Below, one piece after another: positions 28,795 to 38,794 of a stretch of DNA of 64,000 bases (positions are counted from its first letter, which is position 1; the number at the start of each line of letters is the position of its first letter). A program made the position numbers and the translations under genes. The notes under the pieces were generated by a model, which saw only the letters and a list, made by a program, of their open reading frames with translations, was not told the origin of the DNA and did not search any database. This stretch comes from Alphaproteobacteria bacterium (GTDB taxonomy: Bacteria; Pseudomonadota; Alphaproteobacteria; GCA-2731375), in assembly GCA_965232515.1 (NCBI GenBank), contig CBDDPY010000002.1, positions 512,001-576,000 on the forward strand. The letters are read 5' to 3'.

Positions 28795-29430
28795 ATGCAG
28801 GACCGCTCCATCGCCGGCCAGATCGCCGACACGCTCGCCGACCGCATCGTCGCCGGCGAGCTCGCGCCCGATACGCCGCTGCGCCAGGACCGCATTGCCG
28901 AGGAGTTCGGCGCCAGCCACGTACCCGTGCGTGAGGCCTTCCGCCGGCTCGAGGCCCAGGGCCTGGTCGTGCGCGAGCCGCGCCGCGGCGTCCGCGTGCC
29001 GCCGCTCGATGCCGCCGCCATCCTGGAGGTCTCCGAGATGCGCGCGGCGCTGGAGACGCTGGCGCTGCGTCATGCCGTGCCGAACCAGACGCCCGAGAGC
29101 CTCGCGGCCGCCCAACAGGCCATCGACGCCGCCGAGGCGTCCGACGACATCCGTGTGTGGGAGGCCGCCAACCGCCGTTTCCACCGCGCCGTTCTTCAGG
29201 ACTGCGCCATGCCGCGCCTGCTCGCCGCCATCGACGACCTGCACGCCGCCGACGCGCGATTTCTGTTTGCCGCTTGGCGTCAGATGAACTGGCAGCAGCG
29301 CTCCGAGCACGAGCACCGCGACATCCTCGCCGCGCTCCGCGTCGCCGCCACCGACCGTGCTGTCGACATCCTGCGCACCCACATCACCGCCGCCGGCGCC
29401 GCATTGCGGGTGGCCGTTGCGGAGGCTTGA
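28795..29430 (+). CDS. GntR family regulator (FCD domain)
   Basis: LRQDRIAEEFGASHVPVREAFRRLEAQGLV; NRRFH, EHRDIL. Confidence 0.92.
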   Translation: MQDRSIAGQIADTLADRIVAGELAPDTPLRQDRIAEEFGASHVPVREAFRRLEAQGLVVREPRRGVRVPPLDAAAILEVSEMRAALETLALRHAVPNQTPESLAAAQQAIDAAEASDDIRVWEAANRRFHRAVLQDCAMPRLLAAIDDLHAADARFLFAAWRQMNWQQRSEHEHRDILAALRVAATDRAVDILRTHITAAGAALRVAVAEA

Positions 29431-29452
29431 CGAGTATTCGGGGAAACCGTCG

Positions 29453-29920
29453 TTAGCCGCGCATGTGCACGAACTGGTCGGGCTGCGCCAGGACCGCGGT
29501 CAGGCATTTACGCAGCAGCGGCGTCAGGACCGGCTTGACCAGAAACGCCTGCACGCCGGCGTCGCGGGCGTCGGCGACCAACTCCGGGCTCAGAGCGCCG
29601 GAGATCATCACGATCGGGATCTTGGCGTAAGAAGGATTGTTGGCCCGACGGATCGCGCGCGTCAGGTCGATGCCGTCGATCGGCCCCATCCGGCAGTCCA
29701 CCAGCATGATGTCGTACCACGACGCGCTCAGCGACTGCAGGGCGTCCGCGCCGTTGTTCACCTCGTAGACGCAGCGCACCTGCAGCTCTTCGAGCATGAC
29801 GCGAATGGCCCGCCGCATATAGAGATTGTCGTCGGCGACCAGGACATTGAGCGTCGACAGATCCGCCCCCTGACCGTCATTCGCCGGCGCAATTGATCGC
29901 GCGTCGTTCGACGTCTCCAT
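29453..29920 (-). CDS. Stand-alone response regulator receiver (CheY-like)
   Basis: VLVADDN, DIMLVDCRMGPIDG, IVMISG, FLVKP. Confidence 0.88.
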   Translation of the reverse strand: METSNDARSIAPANDGQGADLSTLNVLVADDNLYMRRAIRVMLEELQVRCVYEVNNGADALQSLSASWYDIMLVDCRMGPIDGIDLTRAIRRANNPSYAKIPIVMISGALSPELVADARDAGVQAFLVKPVLTPLLRKCLTAVLAQPDQFVHMRG

Positions 29921-30290
29921 GCTGGACCCCCTTCAAGCCAACGCCGCCCATCCCTGCGGGCATCCCCTTTCGAATGCGCCGCAAATTTTCCCAGAGACTA
30001 GAAGTCGGGATGAAAAAATTCTCTTAACATGGATTGATAAACCTGGATCGGCGCAACCGCCCGGATTGCCCGCCCGTGGCGCCAGAGGGGTCAGGTCGGC
30101 TGTCAGATGAAATACGTCTTTTTGCAACCCTGGCACTTGAACAGGCAGACGTCGCGGCGCGATTCCGGCTGCGGGGCCGCGTCGGCGATATGCGTGAAAA
30201 CGCTGCCCATGGATCGTGCCCCCGCCGCTTAGAGACAGATGCCGCGACGGCCGGTCCTAACCATGGACGCTTAAGGCATTTCGAACACTG

Positions 30291-31211
30291 CTATGGCGAG
30301 AGGCCGGCGATCCCCGGAATGCCGGCGACCGCCGTCGCCACGTGGTCGATGAAGGCGCGCAGGCGGCGGGTCTGGCGGCGGCTCGGGAGGTAGGCGGCGT
30401 TGATCGCGAGCGCGGGCGCGCGCCAGGCCGGCAGCAGGTCGCGCAGGCGTCCGGCCGCCAGGTCGTCCTCGACGAACCAGCGCGGCATGACGGCATAGCC
30501 GATGCCGAGCTGCGCCGCCTTGTGAGCCGCGAAGATGTTGTTCGTGGCGAACGCCACCGCCGCTTTCACGGTCTGCCGGCGGCCGTTCCTGTGCGTCAGC
30601 GGGATCGTGCCGCCCTCGAACGGGCCGAGCGCGGCGCAGGGCAGGGCGGCGAGATCGCCCGGCGACCGGACTGCGCGGCCGTCGACGAGATCCGGCGCGG
30701 CGACCATCAGCCGCTCGACCCGGCCCAGCGGCCGCACCACCAGGCTGTCGTCCGGCACCGGGCCGATCTTGATCCAGAGGTCGCAGCCGATCTCGGCGAA
30801 GCGGATCGCGTCGTCCTGCAGCCGCCAGGTGATCGTGACGCCGGGATGCGCCTGCTGAAAGCGCGCCGCGGCCTCGGCCAGATGAAGCTGACCCAGCGCC
30901 ACCGGCGCCACGACCATCAGCTTGCCGGCGAGCGCGTCCGCGTCGGCCGCGTGGCGTTCCCGCAGCGCGTCCCAACCGTCGAGCAGCGCCCGCGCATCGG
31001 CGAGGCAGTCGCGGCCGGCCTCGGTCAGCGACAGGGCATGCGTCGTGCGCTGCACAAGCTGCACGCCGAGCCGGTCCTCCAGCGCCTGCAGCTGCCGGCT
31101 GGCCGAGGCCTGCGACAAGCCGATGTCGCGCGCCGCGGCGCTGATCGAGCCGCGCTCGGCGATGCGCGCGAAGGTGCTCAGCAGGCTGAGGCGGTCGAGA
31201 TTCTTGCTCAT
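30291..31211 (-). CDS. LysR family regulator (CrgA-like)
   Basis: GSISAAARDIGLSQASASRQLQALEDRLGVQLVQRTT. Confidence 0.93.
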   Translation of the reverse strand: MSKNLDRLSLLSTFARIAERGSISAAARDIGLSQASASRQLQALEDRLGVQLVQRTTHALSLTEAGRDCLADARALLDGWDALRERHAADADALAGKLMVVAPVALGQLHLAEAAARFQQAHPGVTITWRLQDDAIRFAEIGCDLWIKIGPVPDDSLVVRPLGRVERLMVAAPDLVDGRAVRSPGDLAALPCAALGPFEGGTIPLTHRNGRRQTVKAAVAFATNNIFAAHKAAQLGIGYAVMPRWFVEDDLAAGRLRDLLPAWRAPALAINAAYLPSRRQTRRLRAFIDHVATAVAGIPGIAGLSP

Positions 31212-31224
31212 ACGCTAAACGTAT
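31210..31224. promoter_or_regulatory. LysR binding box overlapping the LysR start codon
   Basis: ATACG-CTAAA-CGTAT (T-N11-A) palindrome. Confidence 0.6.
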
Positions 31225-31322
31225 AACTAAAACTCCTGTCAGTCGTCTACAGAACAGCGGTCCGAACCGTCATCTTCCCTCTGTCAGCGGCGCAAACCGC
31301 ACCCGAAACAGGAGCAAACAAG

Positions 31323-32096
31323 ATGACTGAGATTTCCCGAACCTTCCAACTGGGTGGCGACCGCCCGGTCAACCGGCTCGGCTACGGCGCCATGCGCCTG
31401 ACCGGCCAGCCCGGCAACTTCGGCCCGTACCCGGATTGGGATGCCGGCCTTGCACTGCTGCGCCGCGCCGCCGACCTCGGCGTCGCGTTTTTCGACAGCG
31501 CCTGGGCCTATGGACCGGAAGCCGCCGACCGCATCGTCGGCGAGGCGCTCGCCGGCCGCGACGCGGTGCGGGCCACCAAGGGCGGCGTCGACAAGCCGGA
31601 ACCCGGCCGCATTGTCGTCGACGGATCGCGCGATACCCTGCTGCGGCAGATCGACAAGGCGCTCATCAACCTGCGCACCGACCGCATCGATCTGTTCCAG
31701 CTCCACCGCGTCGACCCCGAGACGTCCATCGAAACCTCCGTCGCCGCGCTCGCCGAGGCGCGGGCAGACGGCCGCATCGCCCATATCGGCCTCTCGAACG
31801 TGACCCGCGAACAGCTCGACCGCGCGCTTGCCGTCGCGCCGATCGCCAGCGTGCAGAACCGCTTCAACATGGCCGAGACGTCGGACGGCGATCTCGTCGA
31901 TTACACGGCCGACAGGGGCATCGCCTTCATTCCCTACGGCCCGCTCGGCGCCAACCCCATGCGGCCCGGCGCCAAGCTGGCCCCGCGCGAGGCGCTCGCC
32001 TGGCTGCTCAAGCGGTCGCCCAACGTCATCGTCATCCCCGGCACCACCTCGATCCCGCATCTGGAGGAAAACCTCCGCGCCTGGGATCTGGTCTGA
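31323..32096 (+). CDS. Aldo/keto reductase
   Basis: RLGYGAMRL, FFDSAWAYG, ATKGG, IDLFQLHRVD, HIGLSNV, IPGTTSIPHLEEN. Confidence 0.93.
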   Translation: MTEISRTFQLGGDRPVNRLGYGAMRLTGQPGNFGPYPDWDAGLALLRRAADLGVAFFDSAWAYGPEAADRIVGEALAGRDAVRATKGGVDKPEPGRIVVDGSRDTLLRQIDKALINLRTDRIDLFQLHRVDPETSIETSVAALAEARADGRIAHIGLSNVTREQLDRALAVAPIASVQNRFNMAETSDGDLVDYTADRGIAFIPYGPLGANPMRPGAKLAPREALAWLLKRSPNVIVIPGTTSIPHLEENLRAWDLV

Positions 32097-32120
32097 TCAC
32101 CGTTGGACAAGGAACCCGCT

Positions 32121-32375
32121 ATGACCCCCAACCGCCACAAGCTCGCCTTGCTCACCTGGCTCATCGTCTATCCCCTGATCACGCTGTTGATCGCCCTTTT
32201 GGAGCCGCTGCTCGGCGGCCTCGCCCTGCCGCTGCGCACGGGCGTTCTGACGGCGATCATGGTCCCGGCGCTGGTCTATCTCGCCATGCCCTACGCCACC
32301 CGGCGCCTGCGCGGCTGGCTGACCAGCCGACAGTTCTTTGCGATCCGTCGCGAACGCGTGATGATAGCGCCGTGA
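32121..32375 (+). CDS. Small two-TM membrane protein
   Basis: PNRHKLALLTWLIVYPLIT...LPLRTGVLTAIMVPALVYLAMP; AAGGA RBS. Confidence 0.7.
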   Translation: MTPNRHKLALLTWLIVYPLITLLIALLEPLLGGLALPLRTGVLTAIMVPALVYLAMPYATRRLRGWLTSRQFFAIRRERVMIAP

Positions 32376-32575
32376 CCGCACCCCGTTTCGTGACCGCTCT
32401 GACCATGCGCCATTTGCTTGCCCTGCCGCTCTTCGGCTCGCGGGCCGCGGCGCAACGTTAGCCTGCAGATGAATGAATGATCCGGGCCCATGGTCCTCGA
32501 CTGGGGTCGGTTACCGTGCCCTATCGAGCGATGGTGTGATCTCGTCGTCCGGACCCGGATGTCATTCAATGCGGC

Positions 32576-33631
32576 TCAATTGATGGCAAGTCCTTTCGCG
32601 AGCACCGCTTGGAGGTTGGCGAGTGCCTTTGAGTTTTCGTCGGCCGCCATCGTGCCAATGGTGTGATGAAAGGCCAAGGCCTGCCCGTTGTCGAAAAAGG
32701 CAATAACCAAGTTAATCCCCAGCGAGCCGAAGTCTGTCGGGCATGTGATGGCTGCTTCGCGCAGAACGAAGTCGTCGACACGGACCGGCGCCGTTAGGGC
32801 ATAGGCGTATTCGTCCTCGCAATACTCGTCCGCCGCACCCATGATGCTGTCGAAGATCTGTTTATGCGTCCTTCCCGAGACTTCGAGACGGATCATAAAG
32901 CCACTCAATCCCTCCGCATTCCACGCCAGCAAGGCGCCGTCGCTGTCGACGAACTGCCAGTCCCGAAACCCGGCGGTATTCAGCCAGCTGGTAATTGCGC
33001 GTCGCATTTCTCCGTCTTCGGGCGAGGTCGTCCGTTTTGCGAATGGGTCACGAGGATCGGCAGACGAATCCTTCGACGCCGCGAATGGGTCGCTGGATCC
33101 CAGTTGTATGCCGGTTCCCGAGGCAACGCATTTGAGCAAGAGGTCCAGCGCGCCATTGCTGCCTTTCAGGCTGAACCGCATGTCATCTCCGGCGGCGATA
33201 ACGTCAAGCGCACGACCCCGCCTTAGCCAGTAGAGTGCGAAGGAGGTCTCGTCGAACGAGAAGCGGGCGGATGTCGGTCTGGTTGACGTCGCCGGTCCAT
33301 GCTGGATCAGTCGACCGTCGACCTCGAAGGAAACGGGGGCGGAGTCCTCAGCGGAAAGGGACCAGGCCGGATTCTTGAGCACCAGATCGAGCTCGAAATC
33401 CTCTCTCATAAAGAAATAGAGCGTCGTATTGCTGTCGAAGGTGGCTTTGATCGCGCAGTACTGAAATGCACCCGTTCGGGCGTCACGACCCATGTGTCCC
33501 TGCCACCCGCCATAGCTGAAGCTATTGAAGTCACCGTCAGCCGCGACGCTATTTTCGCAATGAAATCCCAGGGTTAGGATCAGAACGGCCAGAGGCAGCC
33601 AGGTTCGTTTTCTGGCGCAAACCGAAACCAT
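32576..33631 (-). CDS. Uncharacterised exported protein, paralogue A (start uncertain)
   Basis: Signal peptide; full-length similarity to 42954-44030 (GW.G, GAF..C, FEVDGR, LRRGRAL, MRFSL.G, AGFR, AY.LTAP, REA...CP). Confidence 0.8.
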   Translation of the reverse strand: MVSVCARKRTWLPLAVLILTLGFHCENSVAADGDFNSFSYGGWQGHMGRDARTGAFQYCAIKATFDSNTTLYFFMREDFELDLVLKNPAWSLSAEDSAPVSFEVDGRLIQHGPATSTRPTSARFSFDETSFALYWLRRGRALDVIAAGDDMRFSLKGSNGALDLLLKCVASGTGIQLGSSDPFAASKDSSADPRDPFAKRTTSPEDGEMRRAITSWLNTAGFRDWQFVDSDGALLAWNAEGLSGFMIRLEVSGRTHKQIFDSIMGAADEYCEDEYAYALTAPVRVDDFVLREAAITCPTDFGSLGINLVIAFFDNGQALAFHHTIGTMAADENSKALANLQAVLAKGLAIN

Positions 33632-33802
33632 TTTGGAGAAAAGGTACATATTCAATTCTAGCAACTGGGTCTGATTGGCAAAAGCTTGAATTGGTGGATT
33701 GCGCGGTCACTACTAGAGCGGCTCAGTTTGTTGTCGGGTCGTCAAATTGCTGCGCGGGACCAGCCGACACGATGTCCTGGTCGCAGTGGACGTACGGAGG
33801 TC

Positions 33803-34810
33803 GTGGGTCGGTTGCACCGCACAATAGCTGCATTGGTCCTGGGGATGCTTTCGATGCCAATTGCGGCCGCGGCGCTGGAGCTGGGCTGGCCCGTGGCCTG
33901 CACGCTCGGCCAGGACTGCTGGATCGTGCACTACGTCGACGCCGACACGCGGCCGGACCGGGCTGCGGACTTCACCTGCGGCACGCTCACCTACGACGGC
34001 CACAAGGGCACCGACATCGCCGTCCGCGACCGGCGCGTCATGGCCGCCGGCGTGCCGGTCCTGGCTGCGGCCGACGGCACGGTACGGCGCGTCCGGGACG
34101 GCCAGCCGGACGGCCTCGGCACGCCGGACGCACTTGCCGCCATCGAGAGGGCCGGCACACAATGCGGCAACGGCGTCCTCATCGACCATTCCGGCGGCTG
34201 GCAGACGCTCTATTGCCACATGAAGCAGGACAGCATCCGCGTCGCGCCCGGTCAGGCCGTGCGCCGCGGCGACGCGCTCGGCGCCGTTGGCCAGTCGGGC
34301 CTCGCCGCGTTCCCGCATCTGCATCTCGAGGTCCTGCGCGACGGCGCGGTGATCGACCCGTTCACATCGGCGCCGGCCGCCGGCTGCGGCGTGCCGGTGG
34401 ATCGGACCTTGTGGGCCGCGCCGGCCGAGATCGGCTATGACCCGCTGATGCCGTTCGCGGCCGGTTTCGCCGCCACCGCGCCGTCACTGTCGGCGTTGCG
34501 GGCCGACGCCGCGTCGCCGGCCGAGATCGCCGCCGACGGCGCGGCGCTCGTGTTCTGGTTCCTGGCTTACGGCGCAGCGGCCGGCGACCGCATCGCGCTA
34601 GAAATCCGCGATCCCGCCGGCCGCCTCTGGGCCGAAGCGAAGGACGTCCTGGCCAAGACCCGGATCCGCATCCTGCGCTATGCCGGCAAGCGCAACCGGT
34701 CGGGCGCGTTGCCGCCGGGCGAATACACCGGCCGCGCCGTGCTGACCCGCCGGCAGCCCGACGGCCGCGAGCTCCGCCGCGACGTCGAGCGCCGGGTCAT
34801 GGTCAAGTAG
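33803..34810 (+). CDS. M23 family metallopeptidase (start uncertain)
   Basis: YDGHKGTDI (HxxxD), VLAAADG, CGNGV, YCHM, FPHLHLEV (HxH); GGAGG close to GTG 33803. Confidence 0.88.
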   Translation: MGRLHRTIAALVLGMLSMPIAAAALELGWPVACTLGQDCWIVHYVDADTRPDRAADFTCGTLTYDGHKGTDIAVRDRRVMAAGVPVLAAADGTVRRVRDGQPDGLGTPDALAAIERAGTQCGNGVLIDHSGGWQTLYCHMKQDSIRVAPGQAVRRGDALGAVGQSGLAAFPHLHLEVLRDGAVIDPFTSAPAAGCGVPVDRTLWAAPAEIGYDPLMPFAAGFAATAPSLSALRADAASPAEIAADGAALVFWFLAYGAAAGDRIALEIRDPAGRLWAEAKDVLAKTRIRILRYAGKRNRSGALPPGEYTGRAVLTRRQPDGRELRRDVERRVMVK

Positions 34811-34817
34811 CGCCGCC

Positions 34818-35558
34818 TCAGTCGCCGCAGCAGCCGGCGGGCACCAGCCGCGCCGCGTCGTCGGCGGGCGCGTATTCGTCGTGCAGCTTCACCCAGCTCA
34901 TGACGCCGTCCTCGTTGCGGCCCTTCGGCGCCATGTCGAGGAAGTGGAACGGCATGAACAGCGGCTCGACGCCGCGCGAATAGGCCGAGTAGGTGTGGAA
35001 CACCTCGCCGGCCGCGTTCTTCGCGAACACGCTCGCGCCCTGCAGGTCTTCGGCTGCGTAGTCCGTGGTGCCGAAGTTGTACCCGGTCGTGCGGTCGGCG
35101 ATCTGCTCGGGCGTGAAGGCAACGCCGTAATCGTAGTTGAAGCTGTTGTCGCCCGAAGAGACCCAGGTGAACGTCCAGCCCAGCCGTCGCTTCACCGCCT
35201 CGATCTGCTCGACCGTCGCCCGCGACACGGCCGCGAACGAGAGATCCGCCTGCTCGAAATGCCGGCGGGCCGCGTCGACGCCGTCCGACGTCGCGGCGCA
35301 GCCCTGGCAGATGTGGTCCGAGCCCGGCGTCAGCATGAAGTGCTGCACGAACAGCTGGCTGCGCCCGTCGAACAGGTCGCTCAGCGTCTTCGGTCCGTCG
35401 GCCGAGTCGAACGCGTAATCCGTCTCGACCCTGACCCAGGGCAGGGCGCGCCGCTCGGCGTTCACCCAGTCGCGCAGGTGCGTCAACTCGCGCTCGTCCG
35501 CCAGCAGCGCCTTCCGCGCCGCGAGCCATTCCGTGCGGGATACGATGTCAGGTGTCAT
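34818..35558 (-). CDS. DUF899 thioredoxin-like protein
   Basis: EWLAARKALL, RRALPWV, LSDLFDGRSQL, CQGC, FHTYSAYSRG, LDMAPKGRNE. Confidence 0.9.
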   Translation of the reverse strand: MTPDIVSRTEWLAARKALLADERELTHLRDWVNAERRALPWVRVETDYAFDSADGPKTLSDLFDGRSQLFVQHFMLTPGSDHICQGCAATSDGVDAARRHFEQADLSFAAVSRATVEQIEAVKRRLGWTFTWVSSGDNSFNYDYGVAFTPEQIADRTTGYNFGTTDYAAEDLQGASVFAKNAAGEVFHTYSAYSRGVEPLFMPFHFLDMAPKGRNEDGVMSWVKLHDEYAPADDAARLVPAGCCGD

Positions 35559-35607
35559 GTCCTGTTCTCCCTCAAGTATCGACCGATGTCATGGACGCGC
35601 GCCAGGC

Positions 35608-36540
35608 TCACACCGGGGCGCAGGCGCGCAGGTGCGCCGTCAGCCGGTCGAGGCATTCGCACCAGCCGTCCTCGTGGCTGTCGCGGGCGCTCATCGTCTC
35701 GAACGCCGCCTGATGGAACGTCAGCCGCGTCCGGCCGCCGATGTCCTCGAACGTGACGGTGACCAGCGTCTCCAGCCCGGGTTCGCCATCGGCGTCGGTC
35801 CAGGCGTGCGTGAAGACGATCCGTTCCGGCCGGCGGATCTCTTTGTAGACGCCGCCCATGCGGTGATCGCCGCCCGACGCCGCGCGGATATGCGAATGCC
35901 ACGGGCCGCCGGGCCGGAACTCCATGCCCGCGTCGACGATCGTGAAGTTCTTCGGCCCGAACCAGCGGCGCAGATGTTCGGGTTCGGCCCACATGCGGAA
36001 CACCAGCTCGCGCGGCGCGTCGAGCTCGCGCACGATGGTGAGCTCGTGTTTCGGCGCCTCGGCGAGCGCGTCGTCCAACTCGTCGAACATCGCCTTCCAG
36101 GCGGTGTGCGTGTAGTCGACGTAATCGGCCCAGTCCGGATGCAGCGCGTGCGTCAGCGTCAGCACGCAGCCACGGCCGTTCGCGGCGATCTCGACGGTCA
36201 GGCGGTCGACGGCCTTGGGCTCGTCGGCGACCCAGAACCGGAACGACAACCGCCGCGGCCGGTCGATTTCCAGAAACGTGCCGTGGTGCGTCACCTCGGT
36301 GTCGCCGCGCCGGTCGACGAACGTAAAGGCGCCGCCGACGCGGGCGTCGATCTCGGCGTGCAGGCTCTCGCTGTCGGGCATGGTGAACAGCCAGCGCCGC
36401 GCTACATCAGCATCGAGCCAGGCGTCGAACAGCCGCTCGGGCGAGGTGTCGAAGCGGCGCGTCACGGTCACCACCGGTCCGCCCGGCCGGCCGCGACGGT
36501 CGGTCGTGGTCTCGGGCATCGTCTCAGGCGTCGTCGCCAT
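35608..36540 (-). CDS. Tandem SRPBCC/AHSA1 domain protein
   Basis: Two domains: VTRRFDTSPERLFDAW...W and IVRELDAPRELVFRMW...GWCECLDRL. Confidence 0.88.
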   Translation of the reverse strand: MATTPETMPETTTDRRGRPGGPVVTVTRRFDTSPERLFDAWLDADVARRWLFTMPDSESLHAEIDARVGGAFTFVDRRGDTEVTHHGTFLEIDRPRRLSFRFWVADEPKAVDRLTVEIAANGRGCVLTLTHALHPDWADYVDYTHTAWKAMFDELDDALAEAPKHELTIVRELDAPRELVFRMWAEPEHLRRWFGPKNFTIVDAGMEFRPGGPWHSHIRAASGGDHRMGGVYKEIRRPERIVFTHAWTDADGEPGLETLVTVTFEDIGGRTRLTFHQAAFETMSARDSHEDGWCECLDRLTAHLRACAPV

Positions 36541-36880
36541 CGGGTCGCTCCCTTGTCTGAATTTCCTCGAGATAGGCTTCCAGGCGGTCAAGGCGGCTCT
36601 CCCAGATCGCTCGCTGCTCGGAGATCCAGTCGCCCGCCGTGGTCAGCGAGTCCGGCTCGATGCGGCAGGTCCGCACCCGGCCGACCTTCTCGGACCGCAC
36701 CAGGCCGCTGTCCTCCAGCACGCGCAGGTGCTGCATCACCGACGGCAGCGCCATTGTCAGCGGTTTTGCCAGCTCGCTCACCGACGCCGGCCCCTGGATC
36801 AGCCGTTCGACGATGATCCGCCGGGTCGGGTCGGCCAGCGCGTGAAACACCCCGTCCAGGGCTGGTTGTTGGTTAGGCAT
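36524..36880 (-). CDS. ArsR/SmtB family regulator
   Basis: LDGVFHALADPTRRIIV, SVSELA, VMQHLRVLEDSGLVRSEKVGRVR. Confidence 0.92.
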   Translation of the reverse strand: MPNQQPALDGVFHALADPTRRIIVERLIQGPASVSELAKPLTMALPSVMQHLRVLEDSGLVRSEKVGRVRTCRIEPDSLTTAGDWISEQRAIWESRLDRLEAYLEEIQTRERPDGDDA

Positions 36881-36938
36881 ATGCCTAAGTATCATGGTGT
36901 GGCGAGCCGATGCAACAAATATTTAGGCAGTTGCCTAA
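36873..36938. promoter_or_regulatory. Two ArsR-type operators
   Basis: TTAGGCATATGCCTAA (36873-36888, perfect, overlaps ATG) and TTAGGCAGTTGCCTAA (36923-36938), 50 bp apart. Confidence 0.75.
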
Positions 36939-37050
36939 GTTTTTCGCCCTGCGACCCGATGCCGCGCGCCGCGATCCTTGAAAACCCGGTCCGAAGCCCA
37001 GAAATCTGGGGATGAGTGGGGCCCAGCTTCCGATGCGACCGGAGGTTCCC

Positions 37051-37416
37051 ATGGATCGTTTTTCCGCCACCCAGGGCCATAACGCCATCGCCCGCGCGCT
37101 CGAGGCCGGCACCGCCCCACACGGCCTGCCCGCCGCGCAACTCTTCACCCACGGCACGGCCAATCTGTTCTTCTACGAACCCCGCGGCCGCGACCTGCAG
37201 CCGCCGCACGACCAGGACGAGCTCTATGTCGTGCTCAGCGGCGCCGGCACCTTCGCCTGCGGCGACAGCGAGGACACGCTGCGCCGCACGCCGTTCGCGC
37301 CCGGCGACGCGATCTTTGTGCCCGCCGGCGCCGTGCACCGCTTCGAGGACTTCTCCGACGACTTCGCCACCTGGGTCATCATGTACGGCCCCTCCGGCGG
37401 CGAATGGGCAGGGTGA
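37051..37416 (+). CDS. Cupin domain protein
   Basis: QPPHDQDELYVVLSGAG, PGDAIFVPAGAVHRFE; GGAGG RBS. Confidence 0.9.
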   Translation: MDRFSATQGHNAIARALEAGTAPHGLPAAQLFTHGTANLFFYEPRGRDLQPPHDQDELYVVLSGAGTFACGDSEDTLRRTPFAPGDAIFVPAGAVHRFEDFSDDFATWVIMYGPSGGEWAG

Positions 37417-37480
37417 GGGAAGACACGGCGTGCAAGACCCCCGCAATCGTGAGTGGAAATCCGCGCCGATTTCGGGCTGA

Positions 37481-38794
37481 ATGCCGCCCATCATGACCGT
37501 CGAGACCCCGTTTCATATCGGCGACGCGCTCGTCGACCCGGCGACCCGGCAGGTCAACCGCGGACCCGATCGACGGCGTCTCGCGCCCAAGGCCATGGCC
37601 GTGCTGCGGGCGCTGGCCGCCGTGCCGGGCCAGGTCGTCCGCCGCGAGACACTGCTGGAGACGGTCTGGCCGGATGTCACCGTGGGCGAGGAGGTGCTGA
37701 CGCACGCCATCGCCGAGATCCGCCGCGCGCTCGGCGACGACTTCCGCGCTCCGCGCCATGTCGAGACCGTGCACAAGTCGGGCTATCGCCTGCTGTCGCC
37801 CGTGCGGCCCGCCGCCGGGCTCGGCGCTGCCATGGCCGCCCTCGATCCGTTTCCGGCCATCGACGCCGGCGCCGGTCTGGGCGAATGGCGGCCGGGCGCT
37901 CATCCCGGCGCGGCGTCGCTCGGCGACGAAGCATTCGATCTCCAGGACTATGCCGTCTATCTCCGGGCCTGCGAGCTGTTCGACCGCGGCGGCCGCGACA
38001 ACGTGCATGCCGCCGCCCAACTGTTCCACCACCTCACCGAGACCCGGCCGCACTACGCGCCGGGCCTCGCCGGTCTCGCCCGCGCGCTCACCTTCATCAG
38101 TCTCTATTTCGGGCCGGCCGAGGACTGCCTGGAACGCGCGTTGGAGGTCAGCGAACGCGCGCTCCGCATCGATCCGCACCTGGCGGAAGCACACGCCGCT
38201 CGCGGTCTCGTGCTGGGCGACGCCGGCGACGCTGCCGCCGCCGGCCGCAGCTTCGCGACCGCGATCCGCCTAAGGCCCGACGCGCCCGAGACGCACCTGA
38301 TGGCGGGTCACGCCAGCTTCAACTGGGGCGACAGCGCGCTCGCCGCCACGCTGCACGAACAGGTCGCCCGTCTGCGCGCCGACGATTATTACTCGCTGGT
38401 GCTCGCGGCCAAGGCGCGGCACTGCCTCGGCGACCATGCCGGTGCCCGCGCCAACGCCGCCAAGGCCGCGCCACGCATCGACACCCACCTCCAGGCCTAT
38501 CCCGGCGACATCCGCGCGATCTGCGCCCAAGCCCGGGTTTTGGTCGAGCTCGGCGACCGTGACGCCGCGCTAGCGCTCATCGAGCCGCTGCTCGACGGCG
38601 ACCATACGCTCACCTACTTCATCGCCAGCCTGCTCGCCCGCGCCGGCGAAATCTCGTTGGCCCTTGACCGTCTGGAAGAAGTCGCCGACGCCGGCTGGCA
38701 CAATACCTCGCTGCTCCGCCACGACCTCGACCTTGCGCCCCTGCACGCCGAACCTCGCTATCGCCGCCTGGAGGCCGCGCTGGGCGTCGGCTAG
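37481..38794 (+). CDS. OmpR/CadC-type winged-helix plus TPR one-component regulator
   Basis: LAPKAMAVL, VWPDVTVGEEVLTHAIAEIRRALGDD, ETVHKSGYRL, then TPR helices and EPRYRRL end. Confidence 0.85.
   Translation: MPPIMTVETPFHIGDALVDPATRQVNRGPDRRRLAPKAMAVLRALAAVPGQVVRRETLLETVWPDVTVGEEVLTHAIAEIRRALGDDFRAPRHVETVHKSGYRLLSPVRPAAGLGAAMAALDPFPAIDAGAGLGEWRPGAHPGAASLGDEAFDLQDYAVYLRACELFDRGGRDNVHAAAQLFHHLTETRPHYAPGLAGLARALTFISLYFGPAEDCLERALEVSERALRIDPHLAEAHAARGLVLGDAGDAAAAGRSFATAIRLRPDAPETHLMAGHASFNWGDSALAATLHEQVARLRADDYYSLVLAAKARHCLGDHAGARANAAKAAPRIDTHLQAYPGDIRAICAQARVLVELGDRDAALALIEPLLDGDHTLTYFIASLLARAGEISLALDRLEEVADAGWHNTSLLRHDLDLAPLHAEPRYRRLEAALGVG

Noticed and set aside
29921-30290. Small ORFs or a CtrA box upstream of the response regulator
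   Set aside because: ORFs lack motifs and RBS; only a TTAAC half-site is present, with no TTAA-N7-TTAA
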